Assembly: GCA_028534125.1 (NCBI GenBank)
Contig: CM052816.1
Coordinates: 57,352,001 to 57,416,000 of the forward strand
Direction: 5' to 3'
DNA from: Lama glama
Taxonomy: Eukaryota
DNA length: 64,000 nucleotides
A model generated the notes under the pieces. That model was given only the letters and a program-made list of their open reading frames with translations, ran no database searches and had not been told where the DNA came from. The translations under genes were made by a program, and so were the position numbers. Of the stretch, positions 12,281 to 25,599 are shown one piece after another (position 1 is the first letter of the stretch; the number at the start of each line of letters is the position of its first letter).

Positions 12281-13149
12281 AGAACATAGAAAAATGTCTA
12301 TGTGTTAGAGTGGTAAGAGTATGACAATTATTGAACATTTGAAACTTGTTTTAATGTAATAATATAATTTAAAGAGTAATCGCTATTCTTTGTCTTCATT
12401 TGAATATGAATGTAACTTGGCCAAATTTTCCTTAAGTCTTTCATTAACTGTCGCCTGTCTTTCATTTATTCAGGCAATAGACAATTACTGAGCACTTAAT
12501 ACAATGAAAGTCTCTCTGTTCTTAAGAAATGAACAATCTAATACAGACTCATGATAAAGACAATAGAGATGATGACCATTACAAAATAATGTGCCCAGAA
12601 GAGTGCCTGGTATATGGCTGGTGACAAATTAACATTTATTAATGAATAAATTAACAAATCACTGTTCAGAAGAATAACCAAAGAAATTCAATCTGTAATT
12701 TTTCCTCTCTCTCTCTCTCTCCCTTCTTTCTTTCTTTCCTTTTCCTTTTCTTTTTTTCTTAACAAGGAAAGTGACAGGAAATAGCCTGGACTCACAGGGA
12801 TTTTTCTCCATGAGCTCTTTTGGGGTCCATGGTAGAAAGAGAGTCCAGAGTAAATTCTGAAACTCAGAGCTTCTGAGACCAGCTAGCTAGGAGGCAGCTG
12901 TGTAAAGCAACTAGAAGAACAGAAAACTAGGAATTGTAACCATAGGAACCCAACAAAAGAGGCACCTTTAGCTAAGCTGAGAATAGAGGGAGTGAGCTTG
13001 GTCTCCCTTACAGACTCACTGAAGCCTGAAAACAGAGATCTCAGTCACCACTGGACCAGCACTTCATGCACACTATGTAGCATCAGGTATCAGTAACAAC
13101 ACAATGTACCAGTAAGGAGCATAGGTCCTTGAGTTTCTTGGTCAAATGG

Positions 13150-14700
13150 GGAGAAGAAGGGAACCCTACCCATCCATTTATGTAACAAACACTTACGTAA
13201 CATCTATATTAAAATAAGTCCTCTTCTAAACACTGGGGATATACTAATGAACGAAACAAATAACTTTAATTCTCTTGTGGCACTTAGTGTAGTAAGAGCG
13301 ACCATAAGAATGTAAATAAGTGAGATCTTTTTGGATAGTGACACAAGCTGTGAAGTATAATTGAGACAGACTGTGGTGGGGAGAAGAGACTTCTTTACAT
13401 AGAGTGGCCTCTCTGAAGAAGTGACATTTGATCGGAGACCTGAATGAACCAAAGGACCAGTTACTCAAACATCTGCAGAGAGGTCCACGTTGAAGAATCA
13501 GATGGTGCACAGGCCCAGAGTTAGCAATGAGCTTGATTTGTTAAAATAAATGGAAGGAGGGCAGTGTAGTTGGAATGCAGTGATAAACTGAGAGAAGATC
13601 AGAGAGGAGGTCAGAGAGGGATGCAGAGGGCAGAGAGGCTGTCATCTAAGTGGCATAGGAAGCCAATGGAGGATTTTAAAACAAGAGAGATACGATCTGA
13701 TTTATATTTTAAAAGATCACATTGACTGCTCTGTGCAAAGGCAGGAAGGGCGGTAATTGGGAGGCCACTTAATAGATAGATATAATAGCCCTGGCAAGAG
13801 AAGAAAGTGACAGCAGTGGAAGTGATAAGAAGTGATCAGGCTCAAGATCTATTTTGAATGCAAAGCTGACAGAATTTGCCAATGGATTGGATAAGGGGTG
13901 TGAAAGGAAGAAAGAAATTAAAGATGGTCCTAGGAGCTGTGCTTGAGCAACTATGCGTATAATGGTGCCATGGAGATGGAAAAGATGTGGGGAGCAGCCG
14001 ATTTGGAGAAAAGGAGGACTCAAGGGTGTGGTTTTGGACACATTAGCTTTAAAATGCCTAACGGAAATCCAAGTGGAAACGTCTACTGGGCAATTGGATA
14101 TATGATTTAGAAGCTGAAGACAGAGGTTGGATTTAAGACATAAATTTGAGGGTCATCAACATAAACAGATGAGATGATGAAATCACATAGAAAGGGAGAG
14201 GGAAAGAGAGAGAAATGAGTTGAACAAGAAGGTCTGGAGGCACTTCTACACTTACAGCTCAGGAGAAGTGGATGAGTTAATATTGGAAATTTTAAAAGAG
14301 TAGTAAAATAGAAGAAACTCTAGCAAAAAAGGATGACATTGAAGCCAAGAGAATGTTTTAAGAACTGGTCAATGGATGATAAATATGAGAAATGCCATTG
14401 GATTTAGCAGGATGGAGGCAGCCTTAGCAAGTGTTGAGACGTAAACCTGATTGGAGTGGGTTGAAAAGAGAAGGGAAAGTAAAGACAGCAAGTTCAGGCA
14501 ACTCGTTTAAGAAGATTTACTGTGAAAGGGAGCAGGGAAATAGGCAGATATTGAAGGAAGCAAGGGATGAAACGGAAGGAGCATTAAGCAGGATAGTAAT
14601 AAGTCATGTTTGGGTGCCAGAAGGGATGAGCCTGAGAAGGGAAAGGGGAGATAATTATGGAAATGTGGTCCTTGAATAGAGGAAAGGACATGAGATCTGG
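13150..14700 (-). mobile_element. L2 LINE fragments
   Basis: Purine-rich plus strand with L2-type phrases (GAAGTGATCAGGCTCAAGATCTATTTTG, GCTGACAGAATTTGCCAATGGATTGGAT). Confidence 0.7.
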
Positions 14701-15184
14701 AGCAAAATAAGAACTTCAAGAGAGTGTTTCTAGATTTCCAGCTAATAAGTCTAATAGGCTCTTGATCAGTTAATTGGAAAAGAACTGTAACTGTGTGTGT
14801 GCAATTTTAGTTCTGCATGGTAAAAGTACCTTTCATGTAACATCTCACAGAATCCTCATGTCAACCCCTACGAGGTCACTACGATTATTATCCTGATTTT
14901 ACAAATGAGAAGATATATCCTTGGAGATTAAGTTGCCAAAGTCACAAAACTAGTTAGAGTAAACTACTGTTAACCTGTGGTAAACTTACTGACAGTGGTA
15001 AACTACGGTACTGTTAACAGAGGCAGAAACAAAATGCTATGAAGGAAGGTAAGCAACAGAAGAGGTCAAAAGAAGATGAGTGGTTAAGGGTGAAGTTAAA
15101 CTCATCCACCAAGAGTTTTTTTTTTATGTTTTTTTAAACTTTTTTTAAATGATTAATATCAGACCATAAAGAAGTCCATTCTAT

Positions 15185-15274
15185 GGGTGAAGGTATAGCT
15201 AAGTGGTAGAATGTGTGCTTAACATGCATTAGATCCTGGCTTCAATACCCAGTGCCATTTAAAAAAAAAAAAAA
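15185..15274 (+). mobile_element. tRNA-Ala-derived SINE (Vic-1-like)
   Basis: A/B-box head, poly(A) tail, ~15-bp TSD AGAAGTCC(A/C)TTCT(A/T)T. Confidence 0.85.
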
Positions 15275-16469
15275 TAGAAGTCCCTTCTTTGGTTATTGTC
15301 ACTCTAACCCAAGTGTTCCAAATGGATATGAATGCTAACTAATAAGAATCCCATATATCTTATTATTTTAAAAAGTTTTTTCTCTCCTCACCATCAGTTC
15401 TGAAACATGCAAGAAATATAATTGTCCAAAAACTCAGATTCTAATCAAAATCTAGACCTGTCCCACCCTAAACAGGACATCTGGTCATTGTATTAAAAAA
15501 CAGTCCTTTTGCAGGCAGAAGGAAACAGACAACCAAATCAGCCTGTAGACATGACTGCAATGTTCTCTGTCAAATCTTTAAGAAAGACCACCAAATGCTG
15601 ATGAACTATTTTCAGGGAAGCAACCAGACTGGGCCAAACTCATCGGATCCAAAGGTGATGAAATAAAATTTTGTGTCTACCCTTGTAACTGCACTGGATG
15701 ATATTTGCCTTGATATGCTTTTTAAAAATAGTGTTTCAAGAACAAACTGTCATCAATTAGTTTTTTTTTTCACTTAGGGCCAGAAAATATATGTTATTTT
15801 TTTCTTCTCACTTCCCACATGCCAGCTAAATCTACTTCTTTTATTTATTCAAAGCTATCTTCAAATATGTCTCCTCCAGAAAAAGAAAGTTGCCAAACCA
15901 TTACCTTCTGTATAATCTCACTTATATTTCTTTTTTCCTCCATATTCACTGATACATCATTTAGATTGAGTAGTTTATGTCTTGTCACAAAAAGCTATAT
16001 ACTGTTCTTTGTAGCATCTTTCTTGTTCTTTCTTTCCTTTTCTTCTTCTTTTTTTTTTGTGGGTACCTGCATTTCTGTTGGTGTTTGGGGGGTTTTGTCC
16101 TTCTTTCTTCACTCTTATAAATACATCATTTTCTGTTTTTCAGTTTATATGTGGGCTTATATATATATTTAATATATATATAATATATGTCCCCATTCAC
16201 TCATTGAACAATTGTGTATTGTGCATTGTTCTGGCACTGTTTTAAATGTGTGATATATGGTAGTAAAGAAATTAGGTAAATTCTGCCCTCAGAAATCTTA
16301 CCACCTAGTGGGAAAAACAGGCAAAAATGAAATATAATAAAGAAGTAGAGATATAATATGATGTCTGATATATGTCGGTAGATATATAGTATAGCGATAA
16401 GTGCTATATTGAAAAACAAATCTGGGCGAGGGGAGTATAATATTATCTTTAAACATAGCAGATGAGGGA

Positions 16470-16810
16470 ATACATAGAATATGCGCCTGGAATTAAACTG
16501 GGTTTTAAACCTGGCTCTGAGAGTTTTAAGCTCTCTGACCTTAGGGATTACTTAATCATTTGTGTGACTCAACTTGTACATCTGTAAAGTGGGGGTAGTA
16601 ATAGCACCTACCTCAAAGGGTTGCTGTGAGGATTAAATGATTTAATGAAAAAGAATATAAAAACAAATATATGTTTATGTATGACTGGGACATTGTGCTG
16701 TACACCAGGGATTGACACATTGTAACTGACTATACTTCAATTTTGAAAAATGGAAAGCACTTAGAGTAGTGCCTGGGATGCAGTCAATTCAATAAATGTA
16801 AGTTATTAAT
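16470..16810 (+). mobile_element. MIR interrupted by a short L1 3'-end insertion (~16644-16750)
   Basis: MIR core CATCTGTAAAGTGGGG..GGTTGCTGTGAGGATTAAATGA and AAAGCACTTAGAGTAGTGCCTGG flank an L1 tail. Confidence 0.7.
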
Positions 16811-17483
16811 ATTATTAAGAGGAATAGGGTGTAATGGGAGGGGGGCTATTGCAGAAAGAACATCCAAAGAAGGCCTATCTGAGGAGGTGAATGGAGTGAG
16901 GGAGAGACTCCCAGGCAGAAGGAAAAGCCAGTGCAAAGAGCATCAGTGAGGCTGGTACGGCTTGCGCAGAACAAGTGGGTAACAGTTGTAGGAAATGAGG
17001 TGGAAGTCAGGGGCCAGATCAGCTTGGGCCTTGTAGGCATGGAAGGACGTCAGGTGCTGTTCTAAGCGTGGTGAGAAGCCCGCAGAGGGCTTCCAGCAGA
17101 GAGCTGCCATGACCTCCTGTGTAGAAAGGCCATCCTAGCTGCTATGTGGAGATTAAGCTATAGAGGGGCAAGGCAGCTGGTTGTTAATCATTTGCCAGCA
17201 CATCACTGTGCAGTATTCAAGATATATTAATAAGCAGAAAAAAGCAAGATGAAGGACAGAGCACATGGTGTATTTCTGTTTACATAGAAAGAAGAAAACT
17301 ATACATGTTTGTGTTTGTGTACATATACAAACTTATGTATATACACACATCATTGTACTTACATACATAAACATTTCATACATATATATACAATCTATGT
17401 GTATTAATATGTGTAGTTTTTAATGTGCACTTACCCTGTTTTGGGAAGGATATGTAAGAAACTGGTAACCCTGATTGCCTTTG

Positions 17484-17516
17484 CACTTGATCTTAGCCAA
17501 AAGGCCAAGAATCAAT
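17484..17516 (-). pseudogene. 3'-truncated (tailless) U2 snRNA retrocopy, nt 1-33
   Basis: Reverse complement ATTGATTCTTGGCCTTTTGGCTAAGATCAAGTG versus U2 ATCGCTTCTCGGCCTTTTGGCTAAGATCAAGTG (30/33); TSD TGATTGCCTTTG at 17472-17483 and 17519-17530. Confidence 0.92.
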
Positions 17517-20421
17517 CATGATTGCCTTTGAAGAGGAGAATTAGGTAAAAGAAATGAAAAAGTGACTTCTGCACCTTTTGAATTTTATTGCATGTGAATG
17601 TACTACCTATTTAAGAATGAATAAACTTAAACATGAAAAAGAAAGAAACGAATCAGAATCATTTTATCCAGATGTTTAAAAATGGAGGTGAACTGGGGTT
17701 TGGGGAGATAAGGCAGCAAAAAAATGTACTGAAATGGACTGCTTGCTTGGGAGGAAAAGATACAAATATCACCACCACCAAAGATACTAGTATGCGTATA
17801 GTTGAAACAAAATGAAAATAAAATATTTCCCTGTTGCCTTTTTTTACTTCAGTGACTATTTGGCTGGTGTCTGTTGCATCACACTGTATTTCCTTGATTT
17901 TATAGGATTGTTCTACTGTCTCCTAGCAGTAAATAGCCTGTGAAGTCTGAAGCTAGCCTGAATTGTTTTTCCCTTTTCTACATCATTTTGTCAACCTGAC
18001 TGTCCAAAAGGTTATTTTTCTTTGAAGTCAAGTACATTTATTACAACCTATCTTGTTATAGATGTTCCACATCCATTTTTTTATGTGACCCAGTTAGGTT
18101 AGGCTAATGGTTATGATAGATCCCAAATGAAATGGTTCCAAAAAAAGTTTATTTCTCCCAAGGATAACAGTCTACAACAGGTGTTCCAGATCATAGGACA
18201 AGTCTTCTCCACACAGTGATCCAAGGTCTTCAGCCATATTTGCAACTCTTTGGAAAAGGGAGAGAACACATTTTGGTATTTGGCAAGCAGATTTTGGCAA
18301 TGATATGATGTCTCTTCAATCAGTTGGTATAAGATTTTTAATTCCGTAGTATTCTTTTGAATTACTTCTTAAATATTTCTTAATGTTCACTTGGATGATA
18401 TCTCAAATATCTTACTTCAGTGTTTAGACTGAAAGAAACTAATTGTGCACACATAGGTTTTTCTTTCTTTGTCTTCTAAAATTGCCACTTTTTCCTCTGA
18501 TCCTTTTAAACTTAAAAAAAAAATTTGTTTTTTCTTCTTTTTTTTTTTTAAATCCTGACCTCTGTATACCTACCTAACTGTGCTTTCAACAATTCCTATT
18601 TTCCTTTGTGCTGCTCCAAATGTCATGTTCCTGTCTGGAATTTTTATTTTCTTTTCACTTCTCCCTGGGCCCTGCTCTCTCATGTTTCAATATGAAGAAA
18701 AACATGTCTTTATGTTTTTATCTTACCTTCCCTGAATGCCTAGAGTTCTGCTTTGTTCTCTTGTCTTGTACAGATGAATTCTCTGGAGACACATTTTTAA
18801 AACTAATTCATGACAATTTCTTTTTGTCCAGTTTTATTGATAATTTAGGGGAATTTGCTCTCAATTTTTTTCTGCTCCATGGGGAGGATTCTTGATCTGC
18901 TGTTTTGCCTATAATTTCCTCCTCATTCTTTCCTATCTCTTTTTATAGTTCTAAGCTTTAAAAATTTTTTTTCTTTTCAGATTACTTATTCAACTTTAAA
19001 TAAGGTATTTACTCGAGTCTTGTGTGAGAGAGGCCAGAGCTGTCTTCAAGGAGAGTAGAAACTGTTCTCATAACACAGGGTCACGTGTGTGAGTCAGTTC
19101 CTTTGGGTTCTGCTTCTCTGTAGTCAGCACAGAGGGGCAGCACAGTGCAGCTTTCTCCCTCCCCCGCATCCCTTGACAACAGACCGCTTCCTGAAAAATA
19201 TGATTAGTCTGTAATATTTCTTGCTCAAATCTACTTCCTCAGCTTTTTCTCAGTACCAGACTGAGTCCGGAGACGGTCCCACCACTAGAACCTCATTTCA
19301 TTGTTGCAAGAGACGCATAATTGATGTTTCTCTTAAGCCCTGCACTTTACTTGGGAGTCATGGGTTCTGCTGACTTTTTCTCACATCCGCAGCTCTGGGC
19401 TCCAGGCTTCCCTGAATCTCTGTTTGACCTTTGTCACTTTTGACAGTCCTTCTTCCTAGTTTAGCTTCAGATGCCTTCTCATTTCATCAGATACAGAGTT
19501 GGCTTGACTGTCACTCTTCCTGTTATTTCTGGGTGGTTTCTAAAAGAGGCAGGAAAAAACCTAACTTTGTCACGTTAATACTTGGATATCTTCAAAAGAT
19601 AACTTTGCATGAATTCTGCCTAGTATTTGATAGGCCCTTTCAGTCCAAGTCCCTCTTTAGTTCTGGGAAATGGTCTTTTCTTATTTCTTGGATAATGTTC
19701 CTCTTTTTTTCTCATGGTCCTATACCCACAATTAATTGTAGTTATATCTATCCTCCATGCCTCTTACCGTTACTTTTCCTCCTTCCTTCCTTTCTTTCTC
19801 CCTCCTTCCCTCTCTCCCTCTTCCTTTCTTTTCCATCCTTCCTTCTTTCCTTGCTACTTTCTCTCTTATCCCCTCTCTCCCTCCGTCCTTTCCGTTCTTT
19901 TTTTTCAGCATGCCATTTTGGAAGCATCTTTCAACTCAGTTTTCCAACTCATTAATTGCATATTCAGTCCAACTTTTAGATTTAGCAATTATATTTTTAA
20001 TGTCCATCAATTCTGGTTGTATTTCAGAGCAGCTGTCTCTTTTCTGAATGTGATACACTTTCAAGTAACTCTGAGGATATTAACTATTTTTAATCTGTTT
20101 CCATTAATTCTATGTTTTTTTTAGTATGAACCATTTCTGGATGTTGAATTTGGTGCTCTCTCTCATGCTGTCGGTTCTTAGTCTTCTATTCCTGTTTGTA
20201 AGTGCAAGTCTAGACTGAACTTTATTCATAGTTGGAATGCATTTGCTCGCTTCAAATGAGAACTATTTACCTGGCAGTGGATGCATGTTTTGATTACAGG
20301 AATCTGCCTCATAGGACTGTGGAGGGACAGACAGACTATGTAGGTAAACTTCTCTTCTTAGCATGGGTCCCCTGACCCTCCGGGCATTGTCCTTTTCCTC
20401 TAATCTTGGCTTCCTCTGGAG

Positions 20422-20610
20422 CAGTGGTATGCTGGTAAATGTTTAACGACCTGCTCTAGGGTGGAGGGAGGAAGCCTTGATGTGTAACAGTTGCTGATTT
20501 CCATGGTATAAATTCTACCCTGGCCAATTTTTAGCTAGCAACATAACATTACTGAACAGGAGCTGGGAAGAAATGTGCACAGACTCCCAAGAGTCTTCAG
20601 CACACCACTG
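20422..20610. mobile_element. hAT DNA transposon, MER63-like
   Basis: TIRs CAGTGGTATGCTG / CAGCACACCACTG; degenerate 8-bp TSD CTCTGGAG/CTCTGGGT. Confidence 0.8.
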
Positions 20611-21609
20611 CTCTGGGTCTGCTATGACAAATAACTCCTTCAGAAAACTATACCCTTATCTGAGCCCCTACAATGGAGCCAGCTTTTGCAGGAGCAACCC
20701 CAGGAGCTGGTGGAATTTTTGGGGTGTGGCTCAATTATTTCTCTCTTGGTGTTAACTGTTGGAGTGCCCTGTTCTCTCTCAGGGTTTTCGTTTCTTCTGG
20801 TCTGCTAGATGTTTCTGTCAATCAATTCGCATTTCTTTTATTCTTTTTGAAAATTCCTTTCTCTCTTGTCTGCTAGAAGCACCCTTTCTGGTCTTCCTGT
20901 CCTGCTTTGAATTTGTTTTTCTATTTCTTTGCCATTTCAGTGAGAATTGGAGGAAAGGCAAAGCCTAAGTCCTTCTATTTTGTGTCTTAACTTGTTTTTA
21001 TTAGAAGTCACTTCCTCTTATATCTCAGAGGTTGATGCTCCTCCTCTGACCAGTGGTTTTCCTGTAAACTCATTGTCCTCAATGGTGGTTTAACTAACCA
21101 GGGCCACTGGCTGCTCAGAGGTTTCCTAGGAAAGTTGGGTGACTGCCTGAGGCCGTCTGCCTCTCCACTCGGGCTCCCCTGGGGAGCACCCTGCTCTTCG
21201 TGGAGGCCATTCATACTGGCCAGAGAGGAGCTGCCCAGCTGGTGCCCTGCCTCTGCGGTGGAGAACAGCCAGTGGCTTGGGTTAATAGGTGTCTTCCCAA
21301 GGTGGCCAGAAGCAGAAGGATCCAGGTCAAATGACAAGGCTGCCCAGATTTATTCAGAAGGCAGGTGAAGGTGCTCAGGCCCAGATCTCTTCCATGTGAC
21401 TCTTTGGTGGATGACCCTTGGACCCCAATACTTGGAAGGCCCTCTCTGGCCAGGAATAATCTCTACTTCACCCTGGAAACATGAGCAGGTGGGCATAGAG
21501 CAGAGTGAATCTGTCCCTGGGGTAGAATCCTCTGTAGGTTAACTATGGGGCAGGCACTGTTCTGAGCCTTTATGTGTTACTCTCCATGACAATCTTCTAA
21601 AGTATATAT

Positions 21610-21708
21610 TATTATTATTATTTTCCCCTTAACAGAGGCACTGGGGATTGAATCCAGGACCTTGTGCATCCCAAGCACGTGCTCTACCCCAAGCTCTACC
21701 CCCACCCC
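21610..21708 (-). mobile_element. tRNA-Ala-derived SINE inserted in a MIR
   Basis: Antisense SINE body GGGGATTGAATCCAGGACCTTGTGCAT..CTCTACC; flanking repeat TAAAGTAT(A/G)TATT. Confidence 0.8.
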
Positions 21709-22059
21709 TAAAGTATGTATTATTATTATTTTCCTTAGTTTACAGATGAAGAAATCAAGACAAAGAAAGGTGACACAGTCAATAAATGGTTGAGGCAGAA
21801 TTTAAATCCAAGAAGTCTTATGACAGTGGTGGTGAGTCAGCAGAGGTAGTGGTTCCAGGAAGTGTGTGGGTAAGTATGTAGTGGCTTCCTCTCTAATGGA
21901 GAACTCCCAAAACACTGTGAAACAATCAGGCAGCAGCAGCCCCCAGGTCTTTCTCAGGTGTGCGGGGTCATCTGCAGGCTCAGGAGACTACGTACCAGGT
22001 CACATTGAAGAGGCAGCTTTACAGGAAACTTACTTCCTTAGAACAGAATGTATTTTCCC

Positions 22060-22582
22060 AAACTGGGCAAAACATTCTCTCCTATCCCACATGCTCTTCT
22101 TATGATGTGACTTTGACACTCTTCCCAGGGAGAGGTGGGGTCTGTTTCCTGCTCTTTAATCTGGGCAGGATTGTGACTACAGTGAAAATAATGGTACGTG
22201 ACTTTTGAGGCTAGGTCATAAAAAGCTGTACAACGTCCATCTGGTTCTCTTGGGACACTTGATGTTGAAACCCAACCGCCATGCTGTGAAGCCTACGGCC
22301 CATGAAAGAAGTCCAGACAGCCAGGAACTGAGGCCCAAGGAACACATTCCCAGCTGAGCTCCCAGCCAACAGCTAGAACCAACTCACCAGTCACATGAGT
22401 GATGCATCTTGAAAGTGGATCCTCCAGTCCCCACGCCAGTCACCCTAGCCAATGAAATGTGGAGCAGAGATGTGCTTCTTTTCTAAGCCCTGCCCTCATT
22501 GCAGATTCATGAGCAAAATACAGGACTGCTATTGTTTTAAGCCACTGAATTTTGCAGTGGTTTGCTATACAGCAACAGATAT
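22060..22582 (+). mobile_element. MaLR LTR (MLT1-like)
   Basis: GAGGCTAGGTCATAAAA, GCCATGCTGTGAAG and 3' end TTGTTTTAAGCCACT..TTTGCTATACAGCAACAGATA. Confidence 0.8.
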
Positions 22583-22889
22583 TACCTTCTGGGTGCCATA
22601 AAATCCAAAGCTTCAGTCTCCTAGGTGGGACTTACCCTGAGGGCTCTGGTAGTGATCAAATTTCCTCCACAACTTTTGCCAAATTGTTGTTTCAGGAGAG
22701 GGAGAACACAAAGACTATTATTTACAACCTTCCCCTGATTTCAGTTTTTACTTTTAAATCTTTAATCTCTTTAGGATATATTTTAGTTTAAGGCATGATA
22801 CAGGTATTTAACTTAATTTTTTCAAGTTATCACAAACTGTTCATTAAATTCTCTATAATTTTTTTAATGATTTAAAACGTCACCTTTAT

Positions 22890-23140
22890 AATGGGGGGTA
22901 GGCATAAATTAGGAATTTGGGATTAACAGGTATACACTACTATGTATAAAATAGATAGACAACAAGGACCTACTGTATAGCACAGGGAACTATATTCAAT
23001 ACCTTATAATAACCTATAATGGAAAAGAATCTAAAAAAGAATATACATATATAACTGAATCACTTTGCACCTGAAAAGAACAGACCATTTAAAATTAACT
23101 GTATTTCAATTAAAATATGGTTAAATAAATAAATAAAACA
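22890..23140 (+). mobile_element. L1 3' end fragment
   Basis: AACAAGGACCTACTGTATAGCACAGGGAACTATATTCAATACC with an (AAAT)n tail. Confidence 0.8.
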
Positions 23141-23149
23141 TCATCTGTA

Positions 23150-25590
23150 TCATGATTTGGGACCCAAAAGACAATATTATCAAGCAAAGGTGAGCCAGAA
23201 ATAAACCTGCTGGAAAGAAGGGGATAGCAAGGAAACTCATGAATCTTGACCTACACGCTGGATGGAGAGGGAAAAATCTCTGCTAAAAATTCGTAACCAT
23301 AAGCTAGCACTTACATGAATTTGTAGCTTGAATTCATGCTACCTTAAACAAAACAAAACAAAACAAAAAACTCTAAAGCAGAGAACTTATCTCACTGGCC
23401 CTGGGTTACTTACATGCCAAATAAGAAGCAGAGGGAAACAAAAATCCTCTCTGGAGGACAATAATTTCAACCCGTATCTCAAAAATTTCCACAAATAAAG
23501 GGGAGGGTATAGCTCAGTGGTAAAGCGCATGCTTAGCATGCATGAGGTCCTGGGTTCAACCCCCAATTCTCCATTAAAAGTAAATAAATAAACCTAATTA
23601 CCTCCTCCCCCCAAACAAAACAAAACAAAAAAAGAGAAAGCCTTAAAAAAAAAAAAGAAAGACTCAATGAATAAGAAAAATAAAACAAAACCAAAAAGAA
23701 AAAAATTTCTACAAATAAAATTCTGAGAAATAGGAGAGCAAATTTAAAAATCACAGAACACAAGAAAACCAGGCACCATAAGTGAAAGAGATACCAGGAT
23801 CAGATACATGAAAGATTCAGATATTGAAATTATCAGACACAGTTTATGAATAACTATGTTGAATATGTTTAAAGAAAAAAAGAGAGAGATTGAAAATAAT
23901 GAGCGAAGAATTCAAGACTATATAAAATGACCTGATCTGAAAAAGAATCATCTAGAACATTTAGTTTATTTTAATAAAATAATTAAAACTTAAAACTCAG
24001 TGGATAATGAAATGGCAGATTAGTCAGCACCAAAGACAGAATTAGTGAACTGGAAGATAGTGAGAAAGAGAGGAGTCTCTGAGGACAGTGAGGAAGAGAT
24101 AAAAATAGTCAAAGGACAACAGACACAGACAACAGAGTGAATTCTAACAAATATTTCATGGTAGTTCCAGAAGTAGATATGAGATTCAAAAAAGAGAAGA
24201 CTCACTATTTGAAAAGTGAATAGGTAAAAATTATTAATGGAAATAAATCTTTAGACTTGGCAAGTTCAAAGTATCTCAAGTAAGATAAATTTAAAATACT
24301 TCCACACTCGGATTCATCATGGTGGAATATGCACCAGAGACAAAAAAAGATTTAAAAACAAACAAATAAACTAAAAAAGGCAATTAGACTGAAGCAGCAA
24401 TATTAGGCTCAAGAGAAGGGAATAGTATCTTCAATGTACTGAGTGAAAATAAAATGTCAACTCAGAATTACCTATCCAGCCAAAATAACTTTCAAGAAAG
24501 AAAGCAAGGGTGTATATGTCCATGAATGACTGAAAAATTGTGCTGAACATGCTGAACACTGGAATTTGACACAACACTGTAAAATGATTATGAATCAATA
24601 AAAAATGTAAAAAAAAAAAGAAAGAAAGAAAGCAAAATTAAGAGGTTTTTTTTCAGGCAAAAGTAGATTTTAGTACAAACAGATCCTTCCTAAAAAAAAT
24701 TCTAAAGTCTGTACTTATGTAAATAATGACTTCAGACAGAAAATTCAAGATACAAAATGAAATGATACAGAAGATAATAGTAAATTATGGGTAAATTGAA
24801 ACAAAAGTCCATTAATGTAAAATAAATATAATGTGTATTTTATGGAGATAAGAAAATTGGTAGAACTAAAATACTATTTAATAAGCACATAAGTGGGAGA
24901 GGTTGGTGATCAGAGTCAAAACATTCTAGGGTCTAGGGATTGTTCCAAAAAGAGAAAACAAGCTCATTAATTTAAACATTATTGAGTGACATGTTAGGTA
25001 TGCACATGAAATAGCTGAGGTTAAAATAAAATAGTAAAATGAAAGGACATAACTTTCAAATTAATAAAGAAAAGGAGATTAAAGAAAGAAGAAGAAAGTT
25101 CAATCAATCAAAAAAAAAAAAAAGGCAACGGGAGAGGAAAAAAAGAATAAAGAAAGAGAACCCTGTGGGACAGATAGAAAGTAGAGATGAATCCACACAT
25201 AGTAAACTCTGTTAAAAAACTAAAATTGTCAGGCTGGCTTTAAAAAGCAAATCCAATTATGTTTTCTACTTGCTATTTTTAAGTGAAACACAAAAAGATA
25301 AGGAAAGGTAGGAAAAAAATGGAAAATATACAGCAGGCAATACAAACCAAAAGAAAGCTAATATAGTTATTAAATTTATTTTAATTTACTTGATTTCTTA
25401 TAGTGATAAAAATTCAATTCCCTGAGAAATATAATGACCCATAATTTACCTGTACCTAACAATCTATCTTTGAAGCATTTAAAGCAAGTATTGACACAGC
25501 TGCAAAGGGAAATAGGAAAATCCATAATCATAGTGAGAGATTTTAATATACCTTGCTCAGAAATGCATAAACCAAGCGGTAGGTATAATG
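23150..25590 (+). mobile_element. Old L1 5' region (ORF1 remnant and start of the ORF2 endonuclease), with younger insertions
   Basis: A-rich ORF1-like decay; 25434-25590 translates NLPVPNNLSLKHLKQVLTQLQREIGKSIIIVRDFNIP, like the L1 EN motif NIYAPN..IVGDFNTP. Confidence 0.75.
23500..23700 (+). mobile_element. tRNA-Ala-derived SINE (Vic-1-like), long form
   Basis: GGGAGGGTATAGCTCAGTGGTAAAGCGCATGCTTAGCATGCATGAGGTCCTGGGTTCAA; A-rich tail; 19-bp TSD AAAAATTTC(C/T)ACAAATAAA (23481-23499 and 23701-23719). Confidence 0.92.
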
Positions 25591-25599
25591 AATCCATAA

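Noticed and set aside
19431..20124. 174-aa and 136-aa hydrophobic ORFs
   Set aside because: Produced by a CT-rich low-complexity tract inside decayed antisense L1-like sequence.
21008..21530. GC-richer segment with a 109-aa ORF as a processed pseudogene
   Set aside because: No recognisable protein, poly(A) tail or TSD; left unassigned.
23500..23575. Functional tRNA-Ala gene
   Set aside because: It has an A-rich tail and a 19-bp TSD, its acceptor and T arms are altered, and multiple diverged copies occur in the window, so it is a SINE.
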